Assembly: GCA_012838805.1 (NCBI GenBank)
Contig: DUON01000010.1
Coordinates: 1,072-65,071, forward strand
Direction: 5' to 3'
DNA length: 64,000 bases
DNA from: Clostridiales bacterium
GTDB taxonomy: Bacteria > Bacillota > Clostridia > Christensenellales > DTU072
A model generated the notes under the pieces. It searched no databases and was not told the DNA's origin. It worked only from the letters and a program-made list of their open reading frames with translations. The stretch's first letter is position 1, and each line of letters starts with the position of its first letter. The position numbers and the translations under genes are program-made. Below are positions 18,943-28,614 of this stretch, one piece after another.

Positions 18943-19064
18943 AAAACCTCCTAATAATTTTCTGTTGATATAATTTTTATATTCATAAGGCTTTTTTTAG
19001 GTGATTAAGCCGTGTGCGATTGGTGCCCTTTTTTTGCTCATTTTGTCATACTCTCTTAGTTCCA

Positions 19065-19094
19065 ATTATAACGGCAAGGTTTGTGCGGTGTCAA
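19065..19094 (-). promoter_or_regulatory. candidate promoter of zupT
   Basis: On the minus strand: TTGACA, an 18-nt spacer, TATAAT. Confidence 0.5.
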
Positions 19095-19138
19095 TAACGA
19101 CAAATTTTTTATGTTCAGGCCTTAGAGGTACAGCTTAA

Positions 19139-19167
19139 TTGACCTTAGGCAATTATAGGTATATAAT
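19139..19167 (+). promoter_or_regulatory. candidate promoter of the FAD-dependent gene at 19193
   Basis: TTGACC, a 17-nt spacer, TATAAT. Confidence 0.5.
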
Positions 19168-19192
19168 ATAAAAGGATGAAAACAATCTATTT

Positions 19193-20593
19193 ATGAGGTC
19201 AAAATTGCAAGCAAAACACAATCACTATGATGTAATCATCATAGGCGGAGGCATAGGCGGCTTGATGACGGCTTATGCCCTTAGAAAAAAAGCAAAAGTT
19301 CTTTTAATAGAAAAAGGCAATCCCTTAAGCAAAAGGAATTGTCCTATCATAAGCGGAAAGAACCCGGTCTGCATGGGCTGTTCGCCTTGTGCGATTATGC
19401 AAGGGCTTGGGGGAGCGGGAGCTTATTCTGACGGAAAATATATCATTTCCACCGAATACGGCGGCTGGCTGACTTCTTTTTTAGATGCGGATACAGTTAT
19501 GAAATATATCCGAAAAGCCGACGATATCTTGGTCGAACACGGTGCTGATGCCAAAAAATACTTTCCAAATGATGACCTCAAACTCATGTGCTTAAAACAC
19601 GACTTGCATATGCAACAAGCAAAACTAAAGCATTTGGGCACTGACGAGAACTTCAATACAATGGTCAATTTGGTCAATACCATAAATGAGGATGTGGAGA
19701 TACTCACCCTTACTGACGCTTATGACATCGATAAAGAAACCAATACGGTATTTTATAAGAACAAGACCTCCTCTTCGGAGGTTAAAGGCAACAATATCGT
19801 CATCGCTGTAGGCAGAGCGGGAAGCGGTTTTTTGGTCAATTGGTGCAAAAAGAACGGTGTCAAGCTTTCAAACAACCAAGTGGATATCGGGGTGAGGGTG
19901 GAGCTTCCTCACCTGATATGGAAAGAGTTTAGTCAAAAGATATATGAGCCCAAAATTTGGTATAGAAGCAAGAGTTATGGCGATGTGACCAGAATGTTTT
20001 GCTTTAACGAAAGAGGAAGCGTGGTCGTGGAAAATACCGAAGGGGTGCTGACCGTCAACGGACATGCCTTCAAGCAGGAAGAAAAAAAGACCGAAAACAG
20101 CAACTTTGCCTTGCTGACCACCACAAAGTTCACACAGCCCTTTAATGAACCCATAGAATATGCCAAGTATGTGGCGTCGCTTGCCAACAAGATAAGCGGG
20201 GGCAGCGTACTTGTGCAAAGACTGGGTGACTTGATTATGGGCAGACGCTCAACCCAGCACCGCCTTATGGCGTCCACCACAAGACCCACATTGAAAGCAG
20301 TTCCCGGAGACCTAAGTCTGTGTATGCCTAAACGGCAGCTGGATAACATTGTGGAGACGCTTTATGCCCTTGACAAAGTCGCCCCCGGCACCGCCAACCA
20401 CGATACGCTGCTTTACGGCGTGGAATGCAAGTACTATTCGGCAAGACCTGAAACTCAAGAGGGCTTCAAGCTTAAGGGCGCAAACAATATCTACGCCATT
20501 GGCGACGGCGCGGGCTTTACAAGAAGCTTGTCACATGCCGCCGCTCATGGGCTTATTGTTGCGGATAATATTTTGTCGGCGAATGCTAAATAA
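19193..20593 (+). CDS. FAD-dependent oxidoreductase (second COG2509-type paralogue)
   Basis: Has YDVIIIGGGIGGLMTAYAL dinucleotide motif and a C-terminal IYAIGDGAGFTRS motif. The architecture matches the gene at 4205. Confidence 0.8.
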   Translation: MRSKLQAKHNHYDVIIIGGGIGGLMTAYALRKKAKVLLIEKGNPLSKRNCPIISGKNPVCMGCSPCAIMQGLGGAGAYSDGKYIISTEYGGWLTSFLDADTVMKYIRKADDILVEHGADAKKYFPNDDLKLMCLKHDLHMQQAKLKHLGTDENFNTMVNLVNTINEDVEILTLTDAYDIDKETNTVFYKNKTSSSEVKGNNIVIAVGRAGSGFLVNWCKKNGVKLSNNQVDIGVRVELPHLIWKEFSQKIYEPKIWYRSKSYGDVTRMFCFNERGSVVVENTEGVLTVNGHAFKQEEKKTENSNFALLTTTKFTQPFNEPIEYAKYVASLANKISGGSVLVQRLGDLIMGRRSTQHRLMASTTRPTLKAVPGDLSLCMPKRQLDNIVETLYALDKVAPGTANHDTLLYGVECKYYSARPETQEGFKLKGANNIYAIGDGAGFTRSLSHAAAHGLIVADNILSANAK

Positions 20594-20640
20594 AGATATT
20601 GCCTTTAGGCTAACAATAATTTTTTAGAAATATTAATTAA

Positions 20641-20667
20641 GGCTGTCTATAGTGACAGCCTTTTTTT
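20641..20667 (+). terminator. rho-independent terminator, possibly shared with convergent hom
   Basis: GGCTGTC-TATAG-TGACAGCC followed by TTTTTTT. Confidence 0.7.
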
Positions 20668-20671
20668 GTGT

Positions 20672-21946
20672 CTATTCGACTCTTATAATTGAGTCCACGC
20701 TCTCCACCACAGATAGTTTCTCAATCTGGCTCATGGCTTTTTTGACAGCACTTTCATGCGTTTTATGGAGCATGAATATCACATAGGCTTTGTCGCCCAT
20801 TAATTCTTGCTGTATGGAATTGATGCTTATCTTTAATCTTCCAAATACGCTGGACACCGAAGCGATAACGCCGGGAAGGTCTTTTACAGTCATTCTGATA
20901 TAATATTCACATTCAAAGTCCTTGGAGAAGTACTTGCTTGGAGAGCTTAAGGTGTTTCTAAATGAGGTGTACTCGTGCTTTCTCTGCTGGGCGGCGTATA
21001 CTATGTCGGAGACAATGGCACTGCCTGTGGGCAAGTCGCCTGCACCTCTGCCATAGAGCATGATATCGCCCACATTGTCACCCAGTATGTGGACGGCGTT
21101 AAAGCTTCCCTTAACCGCCGCCAAGGGGTGTTTGTTGGAAATAAAGGCGGGGTGAACCCTGACTTCAATCTTATTGTCATGAGTTCTTTTGCCTATCGCC
21201 AAGAGTTTTAAGGTATAGCCAAACCTCTTGCCGAATTCTATATCTGTCTTGCTGATTGAGGATATGCCCTCTCTATAAATCTTATCCACGGGCACTCTGG
21301 TATGGAAAGCAAGAGAGCTTAGTATACTGAGCTTATACATAGAGTCATACCCTTCCACATCCGCAGTGGGGTCTTGCTCGGCGTAGCCAAGCTTCTGGGC
21401 TTCTTTCAAGACATCTTTATATTCCAAGCCCTCGTCCGCCATTTTGGATAGGATATAATTGGTTGTGCCGTTGACAATTCCCATAATGCACAAGATGTTG
21501 TTGCCCTGCATGCTTTCGGTAAGGGTGCGGATAATGGGTACGCCCCCCACACAGCTGGCTTCAAAATAAAGCCCTGCCCTGCCTTTTTTCGCCGCTCTTT
21601 GAAGCTCGTGCCAGTATTTGGCGAACATCTCTTTATTAGCTGTGACAACGGTTTTTCCTGCCAAAAGGCATTTTATGATATAGCTTTTCGCGGGCTCTAT
21701 GCCGCCGAAAAATTCCGCCACTATCTTTATTTCAGGATCATTTATTACATTCTCTATGTCGCAAGACACTATGCTTCCGTCTACGCCCAGTTCTTGGACT
21801 TTTTTCATGTCCTTTTCTATGATATGTCTAATTTCAATATCCACGCCGTAGTTGAGTTTTATGCTCTCATAATTATTTTTTAAGATGCGGTAGGTACCGC
21901 CTCCCACCGTTCCCAGCCCCAATAGGGCGACTCCTGTTTTTGTCAT
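20672..21946 (-). CDS. hom: homoserine dehydrogenase with C-terminal ACT domain
   Basis: 424 aa. The LLGLGTVGGG NAD motif and ACT-like tail are present. Confidence 0.9.
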   Translation of the reverse strand: MTKTGVALLGLGTVGGGTYRILKNNYESIKLNYGVDIEIRHIIEKDMKKVQELGVDGSIVSCDIENVINDPEIKIVAEFFGGIEPAKSYIIKCLLAGKTVVTANKEMFAKYWHELQRAAKKGRAGLYFEASCVGGVPIIRTLTESMQGNNILCIMGIVNGTTNYILSKMADEGLEYKDVLKEAQKLGYAEQDPTADVEGYDSMYKLSILSSLAFHTRVPVDKIYREGISSISKTDIEFGKRFGYTLKLLAIGKRTHDNKIEVRVHPAFISNKHPLAAVKGSFNAVHILGDNVGDIMLYGRGAGDLPTGSAIVSDIVYAAQQRKHEYTSFRNTLSSPSKYFSKDFECEYYIRMTVKDLPGVIASVSSVFGRLKISINSIQQELMGDKAYVIFMLHKTHESAVKKAMSQIEKLSVVESVDSIIRVE

Positions 21947-21954
21947 TTTTCCTC

Positions 21955-22725
21955 CTATTTGTTAAGTTCGTAAAGTATCTTCAAGCCTTTCAAAGACAAA
22001 GACCTATCTATAATCTGAATATCCTTGACATCTTCGTTCACAAGTAGGCTAAGTCCCCCCGTCGCTATGACTTTTACATCCTTAAAGCCCGCTTCCTTTT
22101 TTATCGTCTTTATAATATTGGACACCAGCCCCGCAAAGCCATATATGACGCCCGCCTGCATATTCCCTACTGTATTGTCTGAAATAATCTTTTCGGGCTT
22201 GACAAGTTCGATTCTCGGAAGCTTGGCTCCGGTGTTGACAAGGGACTCGGTGCTGGACTTTATGCCGGGGGCAATCGTTCCACCCAAGAATCTGCCCTCT
22301 TTGTCCACCACTCCGAAAGTCGTCGCCGAACCAAAGTCTATGGTAATCACCGGACCGCCATACAGCTTATATGCCGCAACCGCATTAATAATACGGTCGG
22401 CGCCCAAATCGTCGGGCTTGTTGTAGTTTATCGCCACGCCTCCCAAATTTATATGGGGAGAGACCATGATAGGCTTAATATTAAAATAATAAGTACACAT
22501 ATGTTCAAGCGTATAATTGATAGAGGGAGTGACCGATGAAATAATAATCCCCTCCACATCGCTGAACTTATAGCCGTTCTGACTGAGCAAGTCAAACAAT
22601 ATCATTCCGAACTCGTCAGCCGTCTTGGTGTAGTCTGTGGCTATTCTCCAAGTATATAGAATCTTTTCGCCGTCATCCAAACCAATCTTAATATTAGTAT
22701 TGCCGGCATCCATAAGAAGTATCAT
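21955..22725 (-). CDS. coaX: type III pantothenate kinase
   Basis: The N-terminus MILLMDAGNTNIKIG and the 256-aa length are typical of CoaX. Confidence 0.9.
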   Translation of the reverse strand: MILLMDAGNTNIKIGLDDGEKILYTWRIATDYTKTADEFGMILFDLLSQNGYKFSDVEGIIISSVTPSINYTLEHMCTYYFNIKPIMVSPHINLGGVAINYNKPDDLGADRIINAVAAYKLYGGPVITIDFGSATTFGVVDKEGRFLGGTIAPGIKSSTESLVNTGAKLPRIELVKPEKIISDNTVGNMQAGVIYGFAGLVSNIIKTIKKEAGFKDVKVIATGGLSLLVNEDVKDIQIIDRSLSLKGLKILYELNK

Positions 22726-22806
22726 TTGTTAAAAAATAATCCTTTATTTTTTAGCTATCGTATCATATATATTTTTCAATGTCAACTTTTTGAAAAGAAG
22801 CCGTTC

Positions 22807-23460
22807 CTAAAGAGGCTGTTGGTTTCTCAATATCTTCCTACTGGTTTTCCAATCGGGCATATACCCGTCAAGAAGGCTATAAAATCTTTTGTTGTGTCCC
22901 CTTTCCACAATGTGCATAAGCTCGTGTAATATCACATATTCAAGCTGTTTCAAGTCATAGTGAACAAGTCTTAGGTTAAGCCAAATACGCTTTTTGTCAA
23001 TATTGCAGCTTCCCCACCTTGTCTTCATGTCCTTTATCCTAAGCTCGTTTGCCTTAATACCCGTTTCTCGCTGCCATTTTTCTAATAGAAAAAGGGCTTC
23101 GCTTTTTAGACACTCTCTTAAGAACTTTTTTATTGCAAAATCGATTTGGCTTTGCTCTTTTACTGAAACCTGCAAGGTGTCGTCTTGAATTTGGACTTGA
23201 TTATGGCTTGATATACATATCTTTTTTTTATAGGGCTTTCCCCATATATATAAAAAATCGCCCTCGCCCCAATATCTTCTTTGGCTGTCAAGGTCTTTTA
23301 GGTGTTTCTTTATCCATGGCATCTTTTTGCTGACGAACTGCTGCGCCAAAAGTTTATCCATAAATAAAGGATGCTGGACCATGACCGTCTTATCCCTTTT
23401 TATAGTAATTCTTAAGTTTTTTACCCTTTTATGAATATAATTTATGATTATTTCATTCAT
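22807..23460 (-). CDS. YgjP-like (DUF45/M48-related) metal-dependent hydrolase
   Basis: Has the HELMH zinc motif with the downstream …HNKRFYSLL… pattern. Confidence 0.75.
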   Translation of the reverse strand: MNEIIINYIHKRVKNLRITIKRDKTVMVQHPLFMDKLLAQQFVSKKMPWIKKHLKDLDSQRRYWGEGDFLYIWGKPYKKKICISSHNQVQIQDDTLQVSVKEQSQIDFAIKKFLRECLKSEALFLLEKWQRETGIKANELRIKDMKTRWGSCNIDKKRIWLNLRLVHYDLKQLEYVILHELMHIVERGHNKRFYSLLDGYMPDWKTSRKILRNQQPL

Positions 23461-23464
23461 AGCT

Positions 23465-23495
23465 TAAAAAAAAGCGGCAAAGCTATTTGCCGCTT
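23465..23495 (-). terminator. rho-independent terminator of the alpha operon (after rplQ)
   Basis: On the minus strand: AAGCGGCAAA-TAGC-TTTGCCGCTT followed by TTTTTTT. Confidence 0.7.
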
Positions 23496-23503
23496 AAATT
23501 CTA

Positions 23504-24016
23504 TTATACCAGTTCAAGTATGCATCGTTCGGCGCCGTCGCCCCGTCTTTCGCCCAGTCTGATTATTCTGGTGTAGCCGCCGCCCTGACCTGTCTCTTGC
23601 TCTCTTTTGTCGTACTTGGGAGCGTACTCGCCAAATATCTTCTCTATAAGCGGATATTTGATGTCCCTTGTCCTTTCCCTAAAGGATTCCTTGGACTCCT
23701 TGGGGGCTTTTTGCTCTTTCAAATTCGCAAGCACCGCAAGCATTCTTCTTCTTGCCGCAAGCTTTTTTGGTCCGTCATTGGTATATTCGACGGGAATAAG
23801 CTCGTCCTTTTGATTTCTTTTCATCTTTGTGACAACAACGGTGTCTTTATAGTTCCTGACCCCAAGAGTAATCATTTTTTCGGCTACTTTTCTCACTTCC
23901 TTAGCTCTGGGAACTGTGGTCTCAATTTTACCGTACCACAAGAGCTGTGATGCTTGAGAGTATAACAATGCCGTTCTTTGGTCGGTTCTTTTTCCTAGTT
24001 TCTTATGCTTTGCCAT
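23504..24016 (-). CDS. rplQ: 50S ribosomal protein L17 (expanded, 170 aa)
   Basis: The N-terminus …LGKRTDQRTALL… and C-terminus GGYTRIIRLGERRGDGAE are canonical L17. About 50 extra internal residues are present. Confidence 0.9.
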   Translation of the reverse strand: MAKHKKLGKRTDQRTALLYSQASQLLWYGKIETTVPRAKEVRKVAEKMITLGVRNYKDTVVVTKMKRNQKDELIPVEYTNDGPKKLAARRRMLAVLANLKEQKAPKESKESFRERTRDIKYPLIEKIFGEYAPKYDKREQETGQGGGYTRIIRLGERRGDGAERCILELV

Positions 24017-24027
24017 ATCGTCTCTCC

Positions 24028-24981
24028 TTAATCTTCTTTTTTCACTAATTCAAGATTCAATTCTTTAAGTTTGCTGACGACCTCGTCCAAAGATTTGCGT
24101 CCCAGATTTCTGACCTTAAGCATGTCTTCTTCTGTTTTCTTAATTAAATCTTCGACAGTAAATATCCCCGCTCTCTTAAGACAGTTCAAGGGTCTTACCG
24201 ACAAGTCCAGCTCTTCTATGCTCATAAACAAAGCCTTTTGCTGCTGTTCGTCTTCACGGTTGACTAAAATGTCCATATCGTTCATGTCTTCCACAAGATT
24301 GATAAAGAGCTTGAGATGATCGCTCATAATCTTGGCGGCAAGGCTGATGACTTCTCTTGGCGTAGTCGTGCCGTTAGTCTTGACATTTATGGTCAGCTTG
24401 TCATAGTCTATGGACTGTTCCACACGCGTAGCCTCGACCGAATAGCTTGCTGAAAGCACTGGCGAAAACAGCGCATCTATGGGAATATAGCCAATGGGAG
24501 CCTTTTCCGGCTTGTTCATGTTCGCCGAAACATAGCCTCTGCCCTTGCCTATCGTCAGCTCCATATTAAAGCTGTGCCCCTCTTCCACCGTACATATAAG
24601 CTGTTCGGGGTTCTTTATTTCTATGTCGCTGGGAAGCTCAAGGTCTCCTGCCTTTATTTCACCGGCTTTGTCAATAGTCAGTCTTACGGTGTGCTTGTAT
24701 TCGGGGTCGTTTGAGTATACTTTGACATATACGCTTTTCAAATTCAAGACTATCTCAGCCACATCCTCTTTTATTCCGGGGATTGTGGAAAACTCATGAT
24801 TTATACCTTCAATTTGCAAGCCTATGATAGCCGCTCCGGGAAGCGCCGTATAAAGCACTCTCCTTATGCAATTTCCTATTGTTATTCCGTACCCTCTCTC
24901 AAGCGGCTCGATAACAAAGCTGGCTTGAGTCTTATGGGATGATTCCGTTTCAATAATTTTGGGTTTAAAGATTTCCATCAT
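24028..24981 (-). CDS. rpoA: DNA-directed RNA polymerase alpha subunit
   Basis: 317 aa with the ERGYGITIGNCIRRVL motif. It sits in alpha-operon position. Confidence 0.95.
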   Translation of the reverse strand: MMEIFKPKIIETESSHKTQASFVIEPLERGYGITIGNCIRRVLYTALPGAAIIGLQIEGINHEFSTIPGIKEDVAEIVLNLKSVYVKVYSNDPEYKHTVRLTIDKAGEIKAGDLELPSDIEIKNPEQLICTVEEGHSFNMELTIGKGRGYVSANMNKPEKAPIGYIPIDALFSPVLSASYSVEATRVEQSIDYDKLTINVKTNGTTTPREVISLAAKIMSDHLKLFINLVEDMNDMDILVNREDEQQQKALFMSIEELDLSVRPLNCLKRAGIFTVEDLIKKTEEDMLKVRNLGRKSLDEVVSKLKELNLELVKKED

Positions 24982-25011
24982 AGTGGTTCCTCCTCTTTCT
25001 TGGCGGTTATA

Positions 25012-25635
25012 TTACTTGGAATACAACTCGACTATCATATGCTCTTGAATATTCATATCAATGTCTTCTCTTGAAGGCAAAGAAATAATTTTTCCCGTCA
25101 ATGTCTTGGGGTCGAATTCCAGCCATTTCAATGAGTTCTTTATGCTGGACTCCTTAAGCTCCTTAAAGAAGGGCTTCTCTTTCTTATTCTCTTTAACGGC
25201 TATCTCGTCGCCGGGCTTAACTAAATATGAAGGGATATCCACTCTCTTGCCGTTGACGGTGATATGACCGTGGTTTACTATCTGTCTTGCTTGGGCTCTG
25301 GACACTCCAATACCCATTCTGTAAACTACATTGTCAAGTCTTCTTTCAAGCAATATAAGCATATTCTCGCCGGTAACACCTCTCATCTTGTCCGCCATGA
25401 GATAGTATTTATTGAATTGTTTTTCCATAAGACCATAAATTCTCTTGGTCTTTTGCTTTTCTCTAAGCTGAAGACTATATGGTGAGGGCTTCTTTCTTCT
25501 TTGACCATGGACGCCGGGGGCGTATTGTCTTTTCAAGATAGCGCACTTGCCGGAAAAACACCTGTCTCCCTTCAAAAATAACTTTTCCCCTTCTCTTCTG
25601 CAAAGACGACAATCTGCTCCTGTATATCTTGCCAT
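25012..25635 (-). CDS. rpsD: 30S ribosomal protein S4
   Basis: [26 protein letters not shown] is a canonical S4 N-terminus. Confidence 0.95.
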   Translation of the reverse strand: MARYTGADCRLCRREGEKLFLKGDRCFSGKCAILKRQYAPGVHGQRRKKPSPYSLQLREKQKTKRIYGLMEKQFNKYYLMADKMRGVTGENMLILLERRLDNVVYRMGIGVSRAQARQIVNHGHITVNGKRVDIPSYLVKPGDEIAVKENKKEKPFFKELKESSIKNSLKWLEFDPKTLTGKIISLPSREDIDMNIQEHMIVELYSK

Positions 25636-25649
25636 TTCTCTACCTCCTA

Positions 25650-26039
25650 TTACAGCCTTCTTCTCTTGGGCGGACGGCAGCCGTTATGGGGAATCGGCGA
25701 CACATCCTTAATCATTGTGATATCCACATCCGCCGCTTGGACGGCACGGATAGAAGGCTCTCTGCCTTGTCCAGTTCCTTTGATGTATATCTCTACTTTA
25801 CGGATTCCATGCTGCTTGGCGTCGTTGATTGCCCTTTCAGTAACCTGAGTCGCCGCAAAAGCGGTCTCCTTTCTCGCACCTTTGAGCCCCAAAATTCCAG
25901 ATGACGCCCAGCTTATGGTATTGCCGTTCATGTCTGTCACGGTAACTATGGTGTTGTTGTGAGTAGTATGAACATGCACTTGACCCTTGTCTATCTTTTT
26001 TAAGACCTTTCTTTTCCTTGTAGTCTTTCTTACTGCCAT
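25650..26039 (-). CDS. rpsK: 30S ribosomal protein S11
   Basis: 129 aa, with sequence and position typical of S11. Confidence 0.95.
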   Translation of the reverse strand: MAVRKTTRKRKVLKKIDKGQVHVHTTHNNTIVTVTDMNGNTISWASSGILGLKGARKETAFAATQVTERAINDAKQHGIRKVEIYIKGTGQGREPSIRAVQAADVDITMIKDVSPIPHNGCRPPKRRRL

Positions 26040-26050
26040 TTAACTCCTCC

Positions 26051-26422
26051 CTAAGACTTTTTGCCTCTTCCAATAGTCCGTTTCGGACCCTTTCTCGTAC
26101 GCGCGTTTTGCTTGCTGCTCTGTCCTCTTACGGGCAGACCTTTTCTATGTCTGATGCCTCTGTAACAGCCTATTTCCATAAGGCGCTTTATGTCCATCAT
26201 CACTTCTCTCTTAAGGTCGCCTTCCACGCGTATATTCTTGTCGATATAGTCACGAATGGTGACAATCTGGTCTTCCGTCAAATCCTTTACTCTGGTATTA
26301 AAGTCTATGTTCGTGGCTGTGAGAATTTTTTGGGACATGCTTCTGCCGATACCATATATATAGGTAAGACCAATCTCCACTCTTTTTTCACGCGGTAAAT
26401 CTACACCTGCTATACGAGCCAT
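26051..26422 (-). CDS. rpsM: 30S ribosomal protein S13
   Basis: [26 protein letters not shown] is a canonical S13 N-terminus. Confidence 0.95.
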   Translation of the reverse strand: MARIAGVDLPREKRVEIGLTYIYGIGRSMSQKILTATNIDFNTRVKDLTEDQIVTIRDYIDKNIRVEGDLKREVMMDIKRLMEIGCYRGIRHRKGLPVRGQSSKQNARTRKGPKRTIGRGKKS

Positions 26423-26598
26423 TAAATAACCTCCAATTCTTTGTCTATGTTTTTATATATCAACCACCCAAGAATTATCTATAATTTTCAAGATAATCAG
26501 CCGCCTTAGGGTGCAACTTGCTTTTTCCTTTTCCAAAAAAGGTGAACTTTGTTATTATATCATATTCATATAAATATGACTAACAAATTCAAGCATTT

Positions 26599-26715
26599 TT
26601 ATCCCTGTTTTTGCTTATGTTTGGGATATTTCTTGCAAATCACCATGATTTTGCCTTTTCTTTTGATAACCTTGCACTTATCGCAAATAGGTTTTACTGA
26701 CGGTCTTACTTTCAT
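26599..26715 (-). CDS. rpmJ: 50S ribosomal protein L36 (38 aa, zinc-binding type)
   Basis: Translated by hand as [45 protein letters not shown] lies upstream. It is below the ORF-track cutoff. Confidence 0.9.
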   Translation of the reverse strand: MKVRPSVKPICDKCKVIKRKGKIMVICKKYPKHKQKQG

Positions 26716-26738
26716 CGTTCGCTCCTCCTGATTTTTAG

Positions 26739-26960
26739 TTATTGCTTGTTGCGATAAGTAATTCTTCCCTTTGTGATATCATAAGGGCTCATCGCTACTT
26801 TTACTTTATCTCCTACGCATACTCTGACCGTGTGCTGTCTCATCTTTCCGCATAAATAAGCTGTTATTGTGTGGCCGTTGGTTAGTTCCACCTTGAAATT
26901 GGTTCCCGGTAGGATTTCTTTTACTACTCCTTCAGCTTCAATAATATCGTCTCTTGACAC
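26739..26960 (-). CDS. infA: translation initiation factor IF-1
   Basis: 73 aa with an S1-like fold sequence. The start is GTG with GGAGG 5 nt upstream. Confidence 0.9.
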   Translation of the reverse strand: MSRDDIIEAEGVVKEILPGTNFKVELTNGHTITAYLCGKMRQHTVRVCVGDKVKVAMSPYDITKGRITYRNKQ

Positions 26961-26971
26961 TCTTTCCTCCT

Positions 26972-27259
26972 CTATTGGGAATTATATCTTCTTATTATGC
27001 TATAAATCTCAGCGTCATAAATAATCTTCTTTTCCAAAAGCTTTTCTTTAATCTTTTGGTTGATGTCTCCTGTCGCTTTTAGATGTTTTATTTTCTTTTT
27101 CTTAGGCTTGGAAAGTCTTCTTATGTCTCCGTCCGCTATCATAACATAGTTGTCGTCGACTATTTCAATTACAATAAAGAACCTTCCGGCGTCCCGTCCC
27201 GCTCGGGAAAAGACGACTGAGCCCAGTTCAATAGGTTTCAACAATTTTTCTTCCCTCAT
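26972..27259 (-). CDS. KOW-domain RNA-binding protein (conserved map-infA intervening gene)
   Basis: 95 aa with a KOW-like GSVVFSRAGRDAGRFFIV segment. Its ATGA start overlaps the map stop. Confidence 0.75.
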   Translation of the reverse strand: MREEKLLKPIELGSVVFSRAGRDAGRFFIVIEIVDDNYVMIADGDIRRLSKPKKKKIKHLKATGDINQKIKEKLLEKKIIYDAEIYSIIRRYNSQ

Positions 27260-28002
27260 AATGTCAATATTTCTACGCCCTCTGCGGTTATGACCACTGT
27301 ATTTTCATAATGCGCCGACGGCATGCCGTCCGCAGTCACCACAGTAAAGCCCTTTTCCTCAAAAATCACTTCTTTTTGCCCCAGGTTTATCATGGGTTCG
27401 ACGGCTAAGGTCATATTCGCTGTAAGCCTAACTCCCCGTCCCGCCATTCCGAAGTTTGGAACATTGGGTTCTTCATGAAGCTGTCTGCCTATACCGTGCC
27501 CCACAAGAGCCCTTACCACGCTGAATCCGTGACTTTCCACAAAACTCTGTATAGAGTATCCCAAATCGCCAAGTCGCGCTCCCTCTCTGAGTACTTTCAT
27601 GCCTTCGAAAAAACTTTCTCTACATACCTCAAGGAGCTTTTTCTTTTCTGAGGACACTTCCCCAATCGCAAAGGTACGCGCCGCATCTGCATGGTAGCCG
27701 TCTATATAAGCTCCTGCGTCTACCTTAAAGAGCTGACCTTCTTTGAGTATCTTCTTTTTTGAGGGTACGCCGTGGACGACTTCTTCGTCTATTGACGCGC
27801 ATATAGAGCCCGGAAATCCTCCATAGTTTAGAAAAGACGGTTGGGCGCCTTGTTTGGTGATATAGTCATATGCCAGCCTGTCCAAGTATTTTGTGCTGAC
27901 ACCTTCTTTAGCGTGTTCTTCAATAAGGTTGAGAACATCTCTTACGATTGCTCCCGCCCTTTTCATCTTTTCAATCTGCTCTGAACTCTTTATTGTTATC
28001 AT
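27256..28002 (-). CDS. map: type I methionine aminopeptidase
   Basis: 248 aa with the metal-ligand pattern (…VDAGAYIDGYHADAAR…HGIG…EP…). Confidence 0.95.
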   Translation of the reverse strand: MITIKSSEQIEKMKRAGAIVRDVLNLIEEHAKEGVSTKYLDRLAYDYITKQGAQPSFLNYGGFPGSICASIDEEVVHGVPSKKKILKEGQLFKVDAGAYIDGYHADAARTFAIGEVSSEKKKLLEVCRESFFEGMKVLREGARLGDLGYSIQSFVESHGFSVVRALVGHGIGRQLHEEPNVPNFGMAGRGVRLTANMTLAVEPMINLGQKEVIFEEKGFTVVTADGMPSAHYENTVVITAEGVEILTL

Positions 28003-28613
28003 TCTAGCAGCTTTTGCACTTGCTCAAAGGTTGCCTGTATGCTTATACTGCCGTTGACATCTTTGAGAATTCCTTTGTTTTTATAGTATTCAATAAGAGG
28101 TGCGGTTTGCTTGTTATAGACTTCTAAGCGGTTGGCGACCGTCTCCACAGTGTCGTCCTTTCTCTGATAAAGCTTGCCGCCGCATGCCTTGCAGGTATCG
28201 CTTGAATAGGTGGTAATATGATATGTGGCTCCGCAAGCGCACATTCTTCTGCCTGTTATGCGGTCGATTATCAAATCAAAATCCACAACTATGTTTATTA
28301 CAATGTCAATTTCCGTGAGCTTGTCAAGCGCTTTCGCCTGCTCAATTGTTCTTGGAAAACCGTCAAGCAAAAATCCTTTTTTGCAGTCCTCTTCTTTTAT
28401 GCGGTTGGCGACGATGTCCACCACCACTTCGTCTGGCACAAGCTCGCCTTTGTCCAAATACTCCTTGGCGAACTTCCCAAGCTCTGTCCCCTGTTTTATG
28501 TTGGCTCTTAAGACATCGCCTGTGGAGATGTGAGGTATGCCGTATTTTTCGGTGATTATCGCCGCCTGGGAACCCTTTCCTGCTCCCGGTGCGCCCAGTA
28601 ATATAATTTTCAT
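27999..28613 (-). CDS. adk: adenylate kinase (zinc-lid type)
   Basis: Has the GAPGAGKGSQA P-loop and a lid with CACG…CKACG cysteines. Confidence 0.95.
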   Translation of the reverse strand: MKIILLGAPGAGKGSQAAIITEKYGIPHISTGDVLRANIKQGTELGKFAKEYLDKGELVPDEVVVDIVANRIKEEDCKKGFLLDGFPRTIEQAKALDKLTEIDIVINIVVDFDLIIDRITGRRMCACGATYHITTYSSDTCKACGGKLYQRKDDTVETVANRLEVYNKQTAPLIEYYKNKGILKDVNGSISIQATFEQVQKLLE

Positions 28614-28614
28614 T

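Noticed and set aside
18943-19192. I looked for a Zur box or a metal riboswitch in the zupT 5' region.
   Set aside because: I found promoter-like hexamers but nothing resembling the Firmicutes Zur box palindrome, nor the NiCo or yybP-ykoY riboswitch cores. No claim is made.
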